This document shows, piece after piece, positions 44,382 through 52,490 of a stretch of DNA of 64,000 bases. The stretch is from Candidatus Woesearchaeota archaeon. Its GTDB lineage: Archaea > Nanobdellota > Nanobdellia > Woesearchaeales > UBA11576. Every line of letters begins with the position of its first letter. Within the stretch, counting starts at the first letter, position 1. The notes below the pieces were generated by a model that saw nothing but the letters and a program-made list of their open reading frames with translations, ran no database searches and was not told the origin of the DNA. The stretch covers positions 4,313 through 68,312 of the forward strand of contig JAFGJH010000041.1 of NCBI GenBank assembly GCA_016929255.1, in the 5' to 3' direction. The position numbers and the translations under genes were made by a program.

Positions 44382-45101
44382 CTACTTCTTGGCGAAGCGC
44401 CACATGAACTCAAAATAGTTCCTGAAACCGTCGGCGATGTTGTCCTCCCTTATGAGTATGCCGACAGGGTCAGGCCTCCAGGCGACGATGCATATGTTCC
44501 GGTCGTAGATGTTGACCGCGGTATTTGAGGTTATACTGTCAGGGACGAACCTCACCTCTGCCAGAGGTATCTTGGAGATGTAAGGGTGGATCCTCTCAGA
44601 CTCGTTGAAGATTATCCTGACCTTAATCCTCTTCTTGACACGCTGCCTATCGAAGTGGGGGAAGTAGAAATCAAGAATCTCAACAGCCTTTGTAGTCGCG
44701 CCCCAGATGCACACCTCCCTGGCCTTGTCGAGCTGGTCATCGAAAGCGCTCTTCAACGCGGCCTTACCCCTGAAGAACAGGGTCTCGTTCTTGCCCTCTG
44801 TCATCTGCTGCAGAGCCTTCAGCTCAGGCAGTATTGCTTTTACATCCTCTTCCCTCTTGCGCAGAATCTCTATGAGCCTCTCAGGGCTGACTGCCTCGAA
44901 ATACTTCCGGTTGTTTGACTTTATGTAAGAAACAAGGCCCTTCTGTATGAGCCTCTCGATGGAATCATAGACAGAACGGCGGTGGATGCCTGTGTTGCGT
45001 GAGATGCTGCCCGCAAGGCTTGCTCCCTGCTCAAGAAGGACAAGATAAATCTTCGCCTCTGATGAGGTCAGGCCCATCTCCTCAAGCACTTCCTGTTTCA
45101 T
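44382..45101 (-). CDS. TrmB-family transcriptional regulator
   Basis: N-terminal LGLTSSEAKIYLVLLEQGASLAGSISRNTGIHRRSVYDSIERLIQKGLV winged helix. Immediately upstream of, and co-directional with, the lipid operon. Confidence 0.75.
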   Translation of the reverse strand: MKQEVLEEMGLTSSEAKIYLVLLEQGASLAGSISRNTGIHRRSVYDSIERLIQKGLVSYIKSNNRKYFEAVSPERLIEILRKREEDVKAILPELKALQQMTEGKNETLFFRGKAALKSAFDDQLDKAREVCIWGATTKAVEILDFYFPHFDRQRVKKRIKVRIIFNESERIHPYISKIPLAEVRFVPDSITSNTAVNIYDRNICIVAWRPDPVGILIREDNIADGFRNYFEFMWRFAKK

Positions 45102-45225
45102 GACAGAACAGACAGCAGAGCAGTATATAAAATTTGTGGGAAACTAACCACCACAATCAGCAGCAGGTAAAATCAGAAGAGACCAAATGCAAAAGAAAAG
45201 GGGAAAAATTCGAAGGATCACGCAA

Positions 45226-45498
45226 TCAAGCGCTCTCTTCTTCCTGAGAGGCGGTCGGGACAGCGGCCTTGCTGATTATCATCACGTCGCCGATGGATTT
45301 GACCAGCTGATGAGGGACTATCACACCCCTCGCAGAGCCGAGGACCTTTGAAAGATAAGAATTCTTGGTGGCCTTCACGCGCCATCCATGGATCTTTGTC
45401 TTTGTGATGATTGCCTCTTCGACATCACCGAAGTACTCACCGTTGTCAGTGAAGACCTTCATATCGTATGTTTCTGAAACGCGCTCAAGTTTCAACAT
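45226..45498 (-). CDS. PRC-barrel domain protein
   Basis: 90-aa ORF (VFTDNGEYFGDVEEAIITKTKIHGWRV...) with a GGAGG Shine-Dalgarno upstream. Paralog-like to 18388-18651. Confidence 0.55.
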   Translation of the reverse strand: MLKLERVSETYDMKVFTDNGEYFGDVEEAIITKTKIHGWRVKATKNSYLSKVLGSARGVIVPHQLVKSIGDVMIISKAAVPTASQEEESA

Positions 45499-45631
45499 GC
45501 TAATCCCTCCTTTATGACAGTAAAGTCTAACCTTGCCATTCCCTATTCCCTCTTGATTTATAAACTTTACTATTGAATAATGGTCTTTTAAATGCTAAAA
45601 TATTTATACGCAGCGCCTCTTGTGCAAATCC

Positions 45632-46345
45632 ATGCAGTACAAGAAACTGACCATAATAGGGACATCCCACATAGCCAAGCAGAGCCTCAAGGAGATAGAG
45701 GAAGCGTTCGGGAGGCACAAGCCAGAGATAGTCGCGGTAGAGCTGGACCGAAGAAGGCTGCACTCGCTCCTGACAGATGAAAAAGCGCACGCAGGCATAG
45801 GTCAGATACCTAAAGTGGGTCTCAAAGGATACCTCTTCGCGCTGATAGGAGGATGGCTGCAGAGAAAGCTGGGCACAGCAGTGGGAGTCATGCCAGGATC
45901 AGAAATGAAGCTTGCTGTGGAGTTCGCACGGAAGACCAAGGCAAAGATAGCGCTCATAGACCAGGACATAGAAGTGACACTCAGGAAGTTCTCTCAGAGG
46001 CTCACCTGGAAAGAGAAATTCAGGTTCGTGGGAGACCTCCTCAAGTCGGTCTTCTTCAAGAAAAGATCGCTGCGCGAGATAGGGATAGACCCTAATAGCT
46101 TTGACCTCTCCAAAGTTCCTGAGAAAGAGCTGGTCAGGAAACTGATACTCCAGCTCAAGGACCGCTACCCAAATGTCTATGACGTGCTGGTCAGGGAAAG
46201 GAATGTGATAATGGCAAACAACCTCGCAAAGCTCATGCACAAATACCCTGACGAGACAGTGCTTGCAGTGGTGGGAGCGGGACACGAAGAAGAGATGATA
46301 GAGATGGTCAGGAAAAGGCTGGAAGGAAAGGCGGATGTGGTGTGA
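45632..46345 (+). CDS. TraB/PrgY-family protein
   Basis: LTIIGTSHIAKQS, IVAVELD and VVGAGHEEEM motifs. ATG 45632 lies ~25-30 nt downstream of the TATA-like ATTTATAC (45602-45609). Confidence 0.7.
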   Translation: MQYKKLTIIGTSHIAKQSLKEIEEAFGRHKPEIVAVELDRRRLHSLLTDEKAHAGIGQIPKVGLKGYLFALIGGWLQRKLGTAVGVMPGSEMKLAVEFARKTKAKIALIDQDIEVTLRKFSQRLTWKEKFRFVGDLLKSVFFKKRSLREIGIDPNSFDLSKVPEKELVRKLILQLKDRYPNVYDVLVRERNVIMANNLAKLMHKYPDETVLAVVGAGHEEEMIEMVRKRLEGKADVV

Positions 46346-46349
46346 GCAC

Positions 46350-46467
46350 TAGCGGCACTGCTGCAGCACAGCGACGCTCGCAGCACTTATTGTAACTATG
46401 ATTCTTCCGCGAGTTGGCCAACAAATTATTGGCCGCCTGGCTCGCAGGTCGTCAGTGCTGCAGCAGC
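46350..46467. repeat. GC-rich hairpin-bounded intergenic element (subfamily with 35860 and 53919)
   Basis: Terminal near-palindromes GCACTGCTGCAGCAC (46355-46369) and CAGTGCTGCAGCAGC (46453-46467). Internal TTCCGCGAGTTGG...CTGGCTCGCAGG. Confidence 0.75.
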
Positions 46468-46521
46468 TTTATGCAAATTCTGAGAAATGTTTATAAACGC
46501 AAAATGCTTCAGTCTTCTATA

Positions 46522-47523
46522 ATGGACCCTTCAAGCAAACATCACATGGGCATAGGCATATGGACAGTTCTCTGTATTGTCCTAATAGTTGGTGTGGTTC
46601 TGTCGGGAAGCATAAACATCAAGATTCTCTTTGCAATACCTGTTGTAGTAGTCATCGCCCTTTTCTTCTCATTCGCGCGCAAGTGGGGCAAAGGAAAATA
46701 CAAAGCAGACGTCAATAAAGCGCAAGGCAGCCTCATGCACCTCCTGCATAAAGATGAAAAGCTGTTCAGGAGACTGGCGATAGAATCCAGAAAAAAATCA
46801 CTGAACGAAAAGACTTTCCACGAATACATGCAGAAAGAACTTGCAGAGCTTGACAGCGCAATAAGCCAGAAATTCGATACTCTTGCCCACAAGAAACTAG
46901 CCATATGCTCAACACTCATACAGATATTCGAGAACATCGATGAGAACTGGCAGACACACTCGCTCAAGGACCACCATATGGGCTGGAGCAAAGCAAAACC
47001 AGACAAAGAACCAGACAACAAGCACGGTGCAACAAGAAGAGAGCAAGTAGAGCAGGCGTTCGGCGCGCTGGAATACCTGAGCTCACTCGAGATACTGAAA
47101 AAATACCTGAAAGTCCTTGATGTCCAGGTAGGATCCATAGCCGAACTGATAAGAGACGAATCAACAAAAGAATCTCTGAAGATCGTAGGAAGCGACCTGC
47201 AGAAATCACCTGATGAGATAAGAGCAGATTTCCACAAAGCACAGCAACTCACAGAGAGCGAAAAAAAGATGGTCGAAGGGCTGGTAAAGCTCCACAAGGA
47301 GCAGGCAGACCTTCTCGCAGAAGCAAACCACAGCTATGTGCGGTTCCATAAGACCAACCATATACTCACATCACCACTCCATGACGCACACGTGTTGGGA
47401 GTGAGAAATACACTCAAAGGATTCTATGCAAAAGCAGTGGACGAGCTGAAGATAACACACGAGCTCTTCTTGAATGAAGACATCAAGAGAAAACTTCTTG
47501 CCAACGCAAAGAAAGTACAGTGA
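46522..47523 (+). CDS. membrane protein with two N-terminal TM helices and a helical cytoplasmic domain, function unknown
   Basis: ORF 46414-47523 begins inside repeat F. TTTATAAA at 46490-46497 predicts a transcription start near 46520, so ATG 46522 (MDPSSKHHMGIGIWTVLCIV...) is preferred. Confidence 0.6.
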   Translation: MDPSSKHHMGIGIWTVLCIVLIVGVVLSGSINIKILFAIPVVVVIALFFSFARKWGKGKYKADVNKAQGSLMHLLHKDEKLFRRLAIESRKKSLNEKTFHEYMQKELAELDSAISQKFDTLAHKKLAICSTLIQIFENIDENWQTHSLKDHHMGWSKAKPDKEPDNKHGATRREQVEQAFGALEYLSSLEILKKYLKVLDVQVGSIAELIRDESTKESLKIVGSDLQKSPDEIRADFHKAQQLTESEKKMVEGLVKLHKEQADLLAEANHSYVRFHKTNHILTSPLHDAHVLGVRNTLKGFYAKAVDELKITHELFLNEDIKRKLLANAKKVQ

Positions 47524-47595
47524 ATGCAGGAATATGTCTCTAGTAACGCAATCCCTAAGAAACCTTTATAAACTAAAATCCTATATAAATGGAAT

Positions 47596-48336
47596 ATGCA
47601 CAGCTGGAGCAACTTTACCGACAAGGTCAGGCGGTACTACCCGCTCGAAAGCTTCGAAAAAAGAGGGCTTGTGATAGCGCTGTTAGTGCTGAGCTTCATA
47701 TTCTCATTCAGGGACTGGGGAGTTGAGAGGTTCGATGTAACGTTGGGCATCAGGAACCTCCTGATAACACTCATCATTGTCGCGATAGCGATGGCAGTGA
47801 GAGAGCTTGCCCACAGGACAATAGCGATCTGGCTCGGATACAAATCACAGTACAAGCTTTGGCTGCTGGGACTCGTCATCGGACTCGTGGTCGCTTTTGT
47901 GTCTAACGGCTATCTTCTCTTCATCGCTCCAGGAGTCATGATAATAACGCACCTAGAGGTGCACAGGCTCGGCAAGGCATACTACGAGCTCAGTTACAAG
48001 CACCTCGGCTGGATAGCGATGGCAGGACCGATAGCAAACATGCTCCTTGCAGTCGTGTTCAAGACACTCTCGGTCGCGACAGCGATGCCTGTCTTCGAGA
48101 AGGCGATGATAATCAGCATCTGGATAGCGCTGTTCGACATGGTGCCCATACCGCCGTTCAACGGCAGCAGGACATTCTTCGGCTCAAGGTACGTGTATGT
48201 TTTCGTCCTCGGCGCGCTCATCGGCTGCGCAGCAATGCTCTTCTACATGGGAGGGATACTCCCGATAATAGGCGCACTGGTATTAGGGGCGCTCGTGCTG
48301 CTCGTGTTCTTCGCATTCGTGGACAAGAAGTGGTGA
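47596..48336 (+). CDS. polytopic membrane protein, degenerate site-2-protease (M50)-like
   Basis: 246-aa ORF with AVRELAHRT where M50 enzymes have HExxH, and a later PIPPFNGSR resembling the M50 PxxPLDGG motif. TTTATAAA (47565-47572) is centred 27 nt upstream of the ATG. Confidence 0.45.
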   Translation: MHSWSNFTDKVRRYYPLESFEKRGLVIALLVLSFIFSFRDWGVERFDVTLGIRNLLITLIIVAIAMAVRELAHRTIAIWLGYKSQYKLWLLGLVIGLVVAFVSNGYLLFIAPGVMIITHLEVHRLGKAYYELSYKHLGWIAMAGPIANMLLAVVFKTLSVATAMPVFEKAMIISIWIALFDMVPIPPFNGSRTFFGSRYVYVFVLGALIGCAAMLFYMGGILPIIGALVLGALVLLVFFAFVDKKW

Positions 48337-48355
48337 ATCTCTTTGATGTGCCTGA

Positions 48356-48678
48356 GGCGCACAAGCGGTGGCACCGTGAATGCGCGAGGCTTAGCAAGTG
48401 AACGGTCGCGGCCGTTGTGGGGGACGCCTCCGAGCGGAAGCGATCGAGGCACCAAAGCGCCTGCCGCTTTGAGCACCCCCTACGGGGAAACAGGCCCTGC
48501 AGAGGATCAATCACTGGCCGAGTTTCACGTGCCACTGCATCAGCAGTGCCACGCTGCTAACGCGTTTTGCCGGCAAGAACCTGCTGGTTTCAGCACAAGA
48601 GGCTGGCGCCTTCCGCATACCGCCGGTGCTTAAGCCGGTTTCTAACAATCTATCCAACCGGCGCACAAGCGGTGGCAC
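48356..48678. repeat. 323-bp GC-rich structured element flanked by perfect 19-bp direct repeats
   Basis: GGCGCACAAGCGGTGGCAC occurs at 48356-48374 and 48660-48678. There is an internal hairpin CACTGC-ATCA-GCAGTG followed by CCACGCTGCTA (the same head as the 15664 array). It contains many local stems and lies between convergent gene ends. Confidence 0.85.
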
Positions 48679-48701
48679 TGCCGAAGATACCGCTCTGCTG
48701 A

Positions 48702-48971
48702 TCAAGCAAGAGAGAAGACAGCCTTCTGGAAAAGGTATACAGCAACCACCCAGCTGACTATCGTCGTGAATCCGAAGAGCATCACGAACATGTAGATGCC
48801 GCAGAGGATGTCCATTATGCTGGTTATGTCCTCCCTGAATAGCCAGCCCTTTATGATAAGATAAACGACAAATATGAGTCCGATGCGCCAGCCTATCAGA
48901 GCATCATAGTGCATCAGGACCACAGCCACAGAAGCAAGAAGATCCCCGACTCCCAACAGTTTCACGACCAT
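48702..48971 (-). CDS. small three-TM membrane protein, function unknown
   Basis: ORF 48702-49007 (GTG). ATG 48971 lies 21-28 nt from the shared TATA element at 48992-48999. Confidence 0.55.
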   Translation of the reverse strand: MVVKLLGVGDLLASVAVVLMHYDALIGWRIGLIFVVYLIIKGWLFREDITSIMDILCGIYMFVMLFGFTTIVSWVVAVYLFQKAVFSLA

Positions 48972-48991
48972 GACAACAGACAGAAAGGAAT

Positions 48992-48999
48992 AATATTTA
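48992..48999. promoter_or_regulatory. single shared TATA-like element for two divergent, apparently leaderless genes
   Basis: TTTAAATA lies between ATG 48971 (minus strand) and ATG 49024 (plus strand), which are only 53 nt apart. It is ~25 nt from each. Confidence 0.45.
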
Positions 49000-49023
49000 A
49001 AGTTCACGTATTTTCAGCATTCC

Positions 49024-49608
49024 ATGGAAAAAGTGTTCGGCAAGGTAGGGGAAAGCATCTGGAAGTTCACAGGACCGTCAGACAAGAGCAATGTCTACTT
49101 CATCGACGGCAAGAGCAAGATAATAATCGACACAGGCAACAGGACTGACCGTGCGCACCTGACAAACTTCATGGGAAAAGCAGCGGATTTTGACAAAGTG
49201 GATGCGGTAATATTCACACACCTGCACCTCGACCACTGCGGAAACTTCGACATGTTCCCCAACGCAAAGTTCTACGCATCATCAGATGAGATACAGGCTT
49301 TCCGAGAGAACCCTGAAGGGACCGTGCTGGATTCAGTGGTCGCTGAAAAGCTTTCACACATACAGATACTGCCCCTGCCAGCAGAGCTTTTCGGGCTCAA
49401 AGTGATAGAGACACCAGGCCATACAATAGGCAGCATATGCCTATGGTACGAGAAAGAGAAAGCGCTATTCACAGGAGACACATTATTCAGGAGCAAGATG
49501 CAGGGAAGGGCAGACCTGCCGACATCAGCGCCGCACCAGATGAAGAGCAGCATAATGAAACTCATAGACGTGCCTTACAAGATACTGTGCCCTGGGCATG
49601 ATTACTGA
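49024..49608 (+). CDS. MBL-fold metallo-hydrolase
   Basis: 194-aa ORF with THLHLDHCGN (HxHxDH) and later TPGHT and PGHD motifs. Confidence 0.8.
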   Translation: MEKVFGKVGESIWKFTGPSDKSNVYFIDGKSKIIIDTGNRTDRAHLTNFMGKAADFDKVDAVIFTHLHLDHCGNFDMFPNAKFYASSDEIQAFRENPEGTVLDSVVAEKLSHIQILPLPAELFGLKVIETPGHTIGSICLWYEKEKALFTGDTLFRSKMQGRADLPTSAPHQMKSSIMKLIDVPYKILCPGHDY

Positions 49609-49732
49609 GGCCCGTCCTGACTCGCTTTTACACCGCCACAAACCGCGCTCGCATCGCTTCTTATAACCATTATTCTTGCCCATTTCAAACCTTTGGTTTG
49701 TAATGTCCCAAGCAGGGCTTGTGCCAACTGCG

Positions 49733-49741
49733 ATTTTTTTT
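49733..49741 (+). terminator. oligo-T tract, candidate archaeal terminator
   Basis: A run of nine T (49733-49741) lies ~125 nt downstream of the MBL hydrolase stop. Confidence 0.35.
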
Positions 49742-49858
49742 GCGTATTCTTCCACTACTCGTTAGGCGGTTGTGGCTGTGTTAACTCTACTTGGGACAGG
49801 GCAACCACCAAGCAAAGCTTTATAAACAGATGATTTCTCAAGCAGGTATTCACTTTTA

Positions 49859-49987
49859 ATGGTGGACAACTTGAAAAAAAGAGAGTACATAACAAAACTG
49901 ATGCTGTTTGCCATCTTCGGACTGGTATTCGGCAATTTCGTGACAAACGCCATACTCATTCTGAACACACTGAACTATAATGTTTAA
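49859..49987 (+). CDS. possible 42-aa hydrophobic micro-protein (below ORF-track cutoff)
   Basis: My own translation: MVDNLKKREYITKLMLFAIFGLVFGNFVTNAILILNTLNYNV. TTTATAAA at 49819-49826 places a transcription start ~10 nt upstream of the ATG. Confidence 0.3.
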   Translation: MVDNLKKREYITKLMLFAIFGLVFGNFVTNAILILNTLNYNV

Positions 49988-50009
49988 GCTCTCTTGCAGA
50001 GCACTTGTT

Positions 50010-50094
50010 CACTCCCCACTGGACATGCTTTCCCCGTAGGCGCTGGCCCGGTGTGTCGTTCGGCGCTTTGCTCCTCACTTCCCACTGGACACGC
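50010..50094. repeat. 19-bp direct repeat pair flanking a GC-rich segment related (inverted) to part of element 48356-48678
   Basis: CACTCCCCACTGGACATGC (50010-50028) and CACTTCCCACTGGACACGC (50076-50094) match at 17 of 19 positions. The reverse complement of the spacer contains CAAAGCGCC and CCTACGGGGAAA, also present at 48454-48490. Confidence 0.65.
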
Positions 50095-50172
50095 CCGGAT
50101 GAGCTATTTAAAGGCAGAACTGCTTATTCTTAGCATTGGCAATAAAAATTAATAATAAAGAGAGGATACGTA

Positions 50173-52488
50173 ATGATAGAATCAACAACAAGGACACTCA
50201 GTGACTGGAGCAATGCAGAAACAAGGCAAAAACCGCGTTCCGAGGTGCCAAGATACAAGATGATGCTCAAGAACATCACGCCAAGGCTGTACCAGGAGAC
50301 AATACTGGGCATGTGCGTAGACAAGAACTGCCTGGTCGTCCTGCCGACAGGCATGGGAAAGACAGTCATAGCGCTCATGCTCGCCTCACAGAGGCTGAAG
50401 TGCTTCCCGAACAGCAAAGTGCTCTTCCTCGCCCCGACAAGGCCTCTTGTAGAGCAGCACCTCCAGACATTCTCAAACCACTTCGACCTTGAGGAAAGCG
50501 AGCTCGCAGTCTTCACAGGATTCGTCAAGCCAGAGAAGAGGGCGCTGCTGTGGAAACAGGCCAAGGTCATCTTCAGCACTCCGCAAGGCCTCGAGAACGA
50601 CATCATAACCAACAAGATAGACCTCTCAGAGGTCAGCCTGATAATATTCGACGAGGCGCACCGCGCCACAGGAGACTACGCATACACATTCGTAGCGAAA
50701 CAGTACAACAAGAAAGCACGCTACCCGAGGATACTGGCGCTGACCGCCTCCCCTGGAAGCGAGGTCGAGAAGATAAACGACGTCTGCAAGAACCTGTACA
50801 TCGAAGGCGTGGAGCTGAGGACAGACGAAGACCCTGACGTAAGACCATACATACAGGAGACAAAAGTCGAATGGGTGCAGGTAGAGCTGCCAAAAGAGTT
50901 CGACAAGATAAAGCAATACCTGAAGGCCTGCTACAACAGCAAGCTGGACGAGATCAAGAGGCACGGCTATGCAGACACATCAAGGATGCTCACCAAGGTG
51001 GACCTCCTGAAGCTGCAGGGGCACCTGCACTCAGAGATAGCCAAGGGCGACAAGTCATTCGAGATAATGAGATCAGTCTCGCTCATAGCAGAGGCCATGA
51101 AGACAGAGCACGCGATAGAGCTGATAGAGACGCAGGGCGTCGCTCCGCTCCACCACTATTTCGAGAGGATATACGAAGAGTCGCGGTCATCGAAGGTGAA
51201 GGCTGTGCAGAACCTCGCCAGCGACCTCAACTTCAAATCAGCGGCCATACTGGCAAGGAACCTGATGCAGGAGGGCGTCGAGCACCCCAAGCTTGCGACA
51301 CTCAAGTCACTCGTCGAGAAAGAGGCAGAGGCCAACAGCAAGGTCAAGATAATCATATTCAACCAGTACAGGGAGAGCGCAAAGAAGATAGAGGAGACTC
51401 TCAACACCATACCAGGAGCAGAGTCGAGGGTGTTCGTAGGCCAGGCAAAGAAGAACGGCACAGGACTCTCGCAGAAGGAGCAGAAGCAGATGCTCGAGGA
51501 CTTCAAGAACGGGAAGTTCAACTGCCTTGTCGCGACATCAGTCGCAGAGGAAGGGATAGACATACCCTGCGTGGACCTTGTCATATTCTACGAGCCCATA
51601 CCGTCAGGCATAAGGACAATCCAGCGGAGGGGAAGGACCGGAAGGCAGGACAGCGGAAGGGTAACGGTGCTGATGACGCGCGGGACGAGGGATGAAGGGT
51701 ACAAATGGAGCGCACACCACAAGGAGAAACGCATGTACCGCGAGCTGGACAGCCTCAAGACAAAGTTCAAAGGCCTTGACCGCAGGGCAGAAGAGAAGCT
51801 CGAGAAGTACATAGCTCCGGAGATCGAGCTCAAAGTGTTCGCAGACTTCAGGGAGAAGGCATCCGGCGTCATAAAAGAACTCATAGACATAGGAATATCC
51901 GTCAACATGCAGACGCTGAATGTCGGGGACTACCTGCTTTCCCAGAGGGTTGGCGTAGAGTACAAGAAAGTCCCTGACTTCGTGGACTCAATCATCGACG
52001 GAAGGCTGCTCGACCAGATAAAGAGCCTCAAGCAGAACTTCGAAAGGCCCATGATAATCATCGAGGGGCAGGAAGACATCTACGCGATGAGGAAGATAGC
52101 TGCAAACGCCATACGCGGCATGCTCGCGACCATAATGGTCAGCTACGGAATACCTGTCATACAGACAAAGACGGTGAAAGAGACAGCATCGCTCATGGCA
52201 GTCATAGCCAAAAGGGAGCAGGACCCTGATTTCAGGGAGTTCAACCCGCACGGAAGCAGGAAACCGATGACCACAAAAGAACTGCAGGAATACATAGTCT
52301 CAGCGCTGCCCGGAATAGGACCTACACTCGCAAAGCCATTGCTTGAGAGGTTCGGTACGGTAAGGGCTGTAGTGAACGCCTCGGAGGCGGAGCTGCAGGA
52401 GATAGAAAAGATAGGCGAGAAAAGGGCGAAAGAGATACAGAGGCTACTGACAGAGAGATACGAGAATGAAAACAACAACAGACATTAA
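50173..52488 (+). CDS. hef: Hef-type helicase-nuclease (SF2 helicase + ERCC4/XPF nuclease + tandem HhH)
   Basis: LYQETI...LPTGMGKT, IFDEAHRATG, helicase C motifs (VATSVAEEGIDIP, QRRGRTGR), ERCC4-like VFADFRE...LNVGDYLL...VEYK, and C-terminal LPGIGPTLAKPLLERFG. An alternative start is at 50260. Confidence 0.88.
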   Translation: MIESTTRTLSDWSNAETRQKPRSEVPRYKMMLKNITPRLYQETILGMCVDKNCLVVLPTGMGKTVIALMLASQRLKCFPNSKVLFLAPTRPLVEQHLQTFSNHFDLEESELAVFTGFVKPEKRALLWKQAKVIFSTPQGLENDIITNKIDLSEVSLIIFDEAHRATGDYAYTFVAKQYNKKARYPRILALTASPGSEVEKINDVCKNLYIEGVELRTDEDPDVRPYIQETKVEWVQVELPKEFDKIKQYLKACYNSKLDEIKRHGYADTSRMLTKVDLLKLQGHLHSEIAKGDKSFEIMRSVSLIAEAMKTEHAIELIETQGVAPLHHYFERIYEESRSSKVKAVQNLASDLNFKSAAILARNLMQEGVEHPKLATLKSLVEKEAEANSKVKIIIFNQYRESAKKIEETLNTIPGAESRVFVGQAKKNGTGLSQKEQKQMLEDFKNGKFNCLVATSVAEEGIDIPCVDLVIFYEPIPSGIRTIQRRGRTGRQDSGRVTVLMTRGTRDEGYKWSAHHKEKRMYRELDSLKTKFKGLDRRAEEKLEKYIAPEIELKVFADFREKASGVIKELIDIGISVNMQTLNVGDYLLSQRVGVEYKKVPDFVDSIIDGRLLDQIKSLKQNFERPMIIIEGQEDIYAMRKIAANAIRGMLATIMVSYGIPVIQTKTVKETASLMAVIAKREQDPDFREFNPHGSRKPMTTKELQEYIVSALPGIGPTLAKPLLERFGTVRAVVNASEAELQEIEKIGEKRAKEIQRLLTERYENENNNRH

Positions 52489-52490
52489 GA

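Noticed and set aside
48343-48633. 96-aa plus-strand ORF and two minus-strand ORFs (48218-48535, 48243-48476) across element G. Likewise 35871-36179, 40287-40502 and 41018-41224 run across other repeat copies.
   Set aside because: They translate GC-rich repeat DNA (Arg/Gly/Ala/Pro-rich) and overlap one another in several frames. Their boundaries follow the repeat, not gene-like signals.
48356-48678. Element G as the SRP (7S) RNA or RNase P RNA gene. The size is ~320 nt. GGUGGC-type loops and GGAA tetraloops are present. The minus strand reads AGAAACCGGCUUAAG, reminiscent of RNase P CR-V (ACAGAA.CCGGCUUA).
   Set aside because: I could not find the companion universal motifs, such as the GAGGAAAGUCC-type CR-I or the SRP helix-8 GGAA/AGCA arrangement. 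The two ends are direct rather than complementary repeats. Large parts of the element recur at 41051-41171 and 50030-50070, which fits a repeat family better than a single-copy essential RNA. An Infernal/Rfam scan would settle this.
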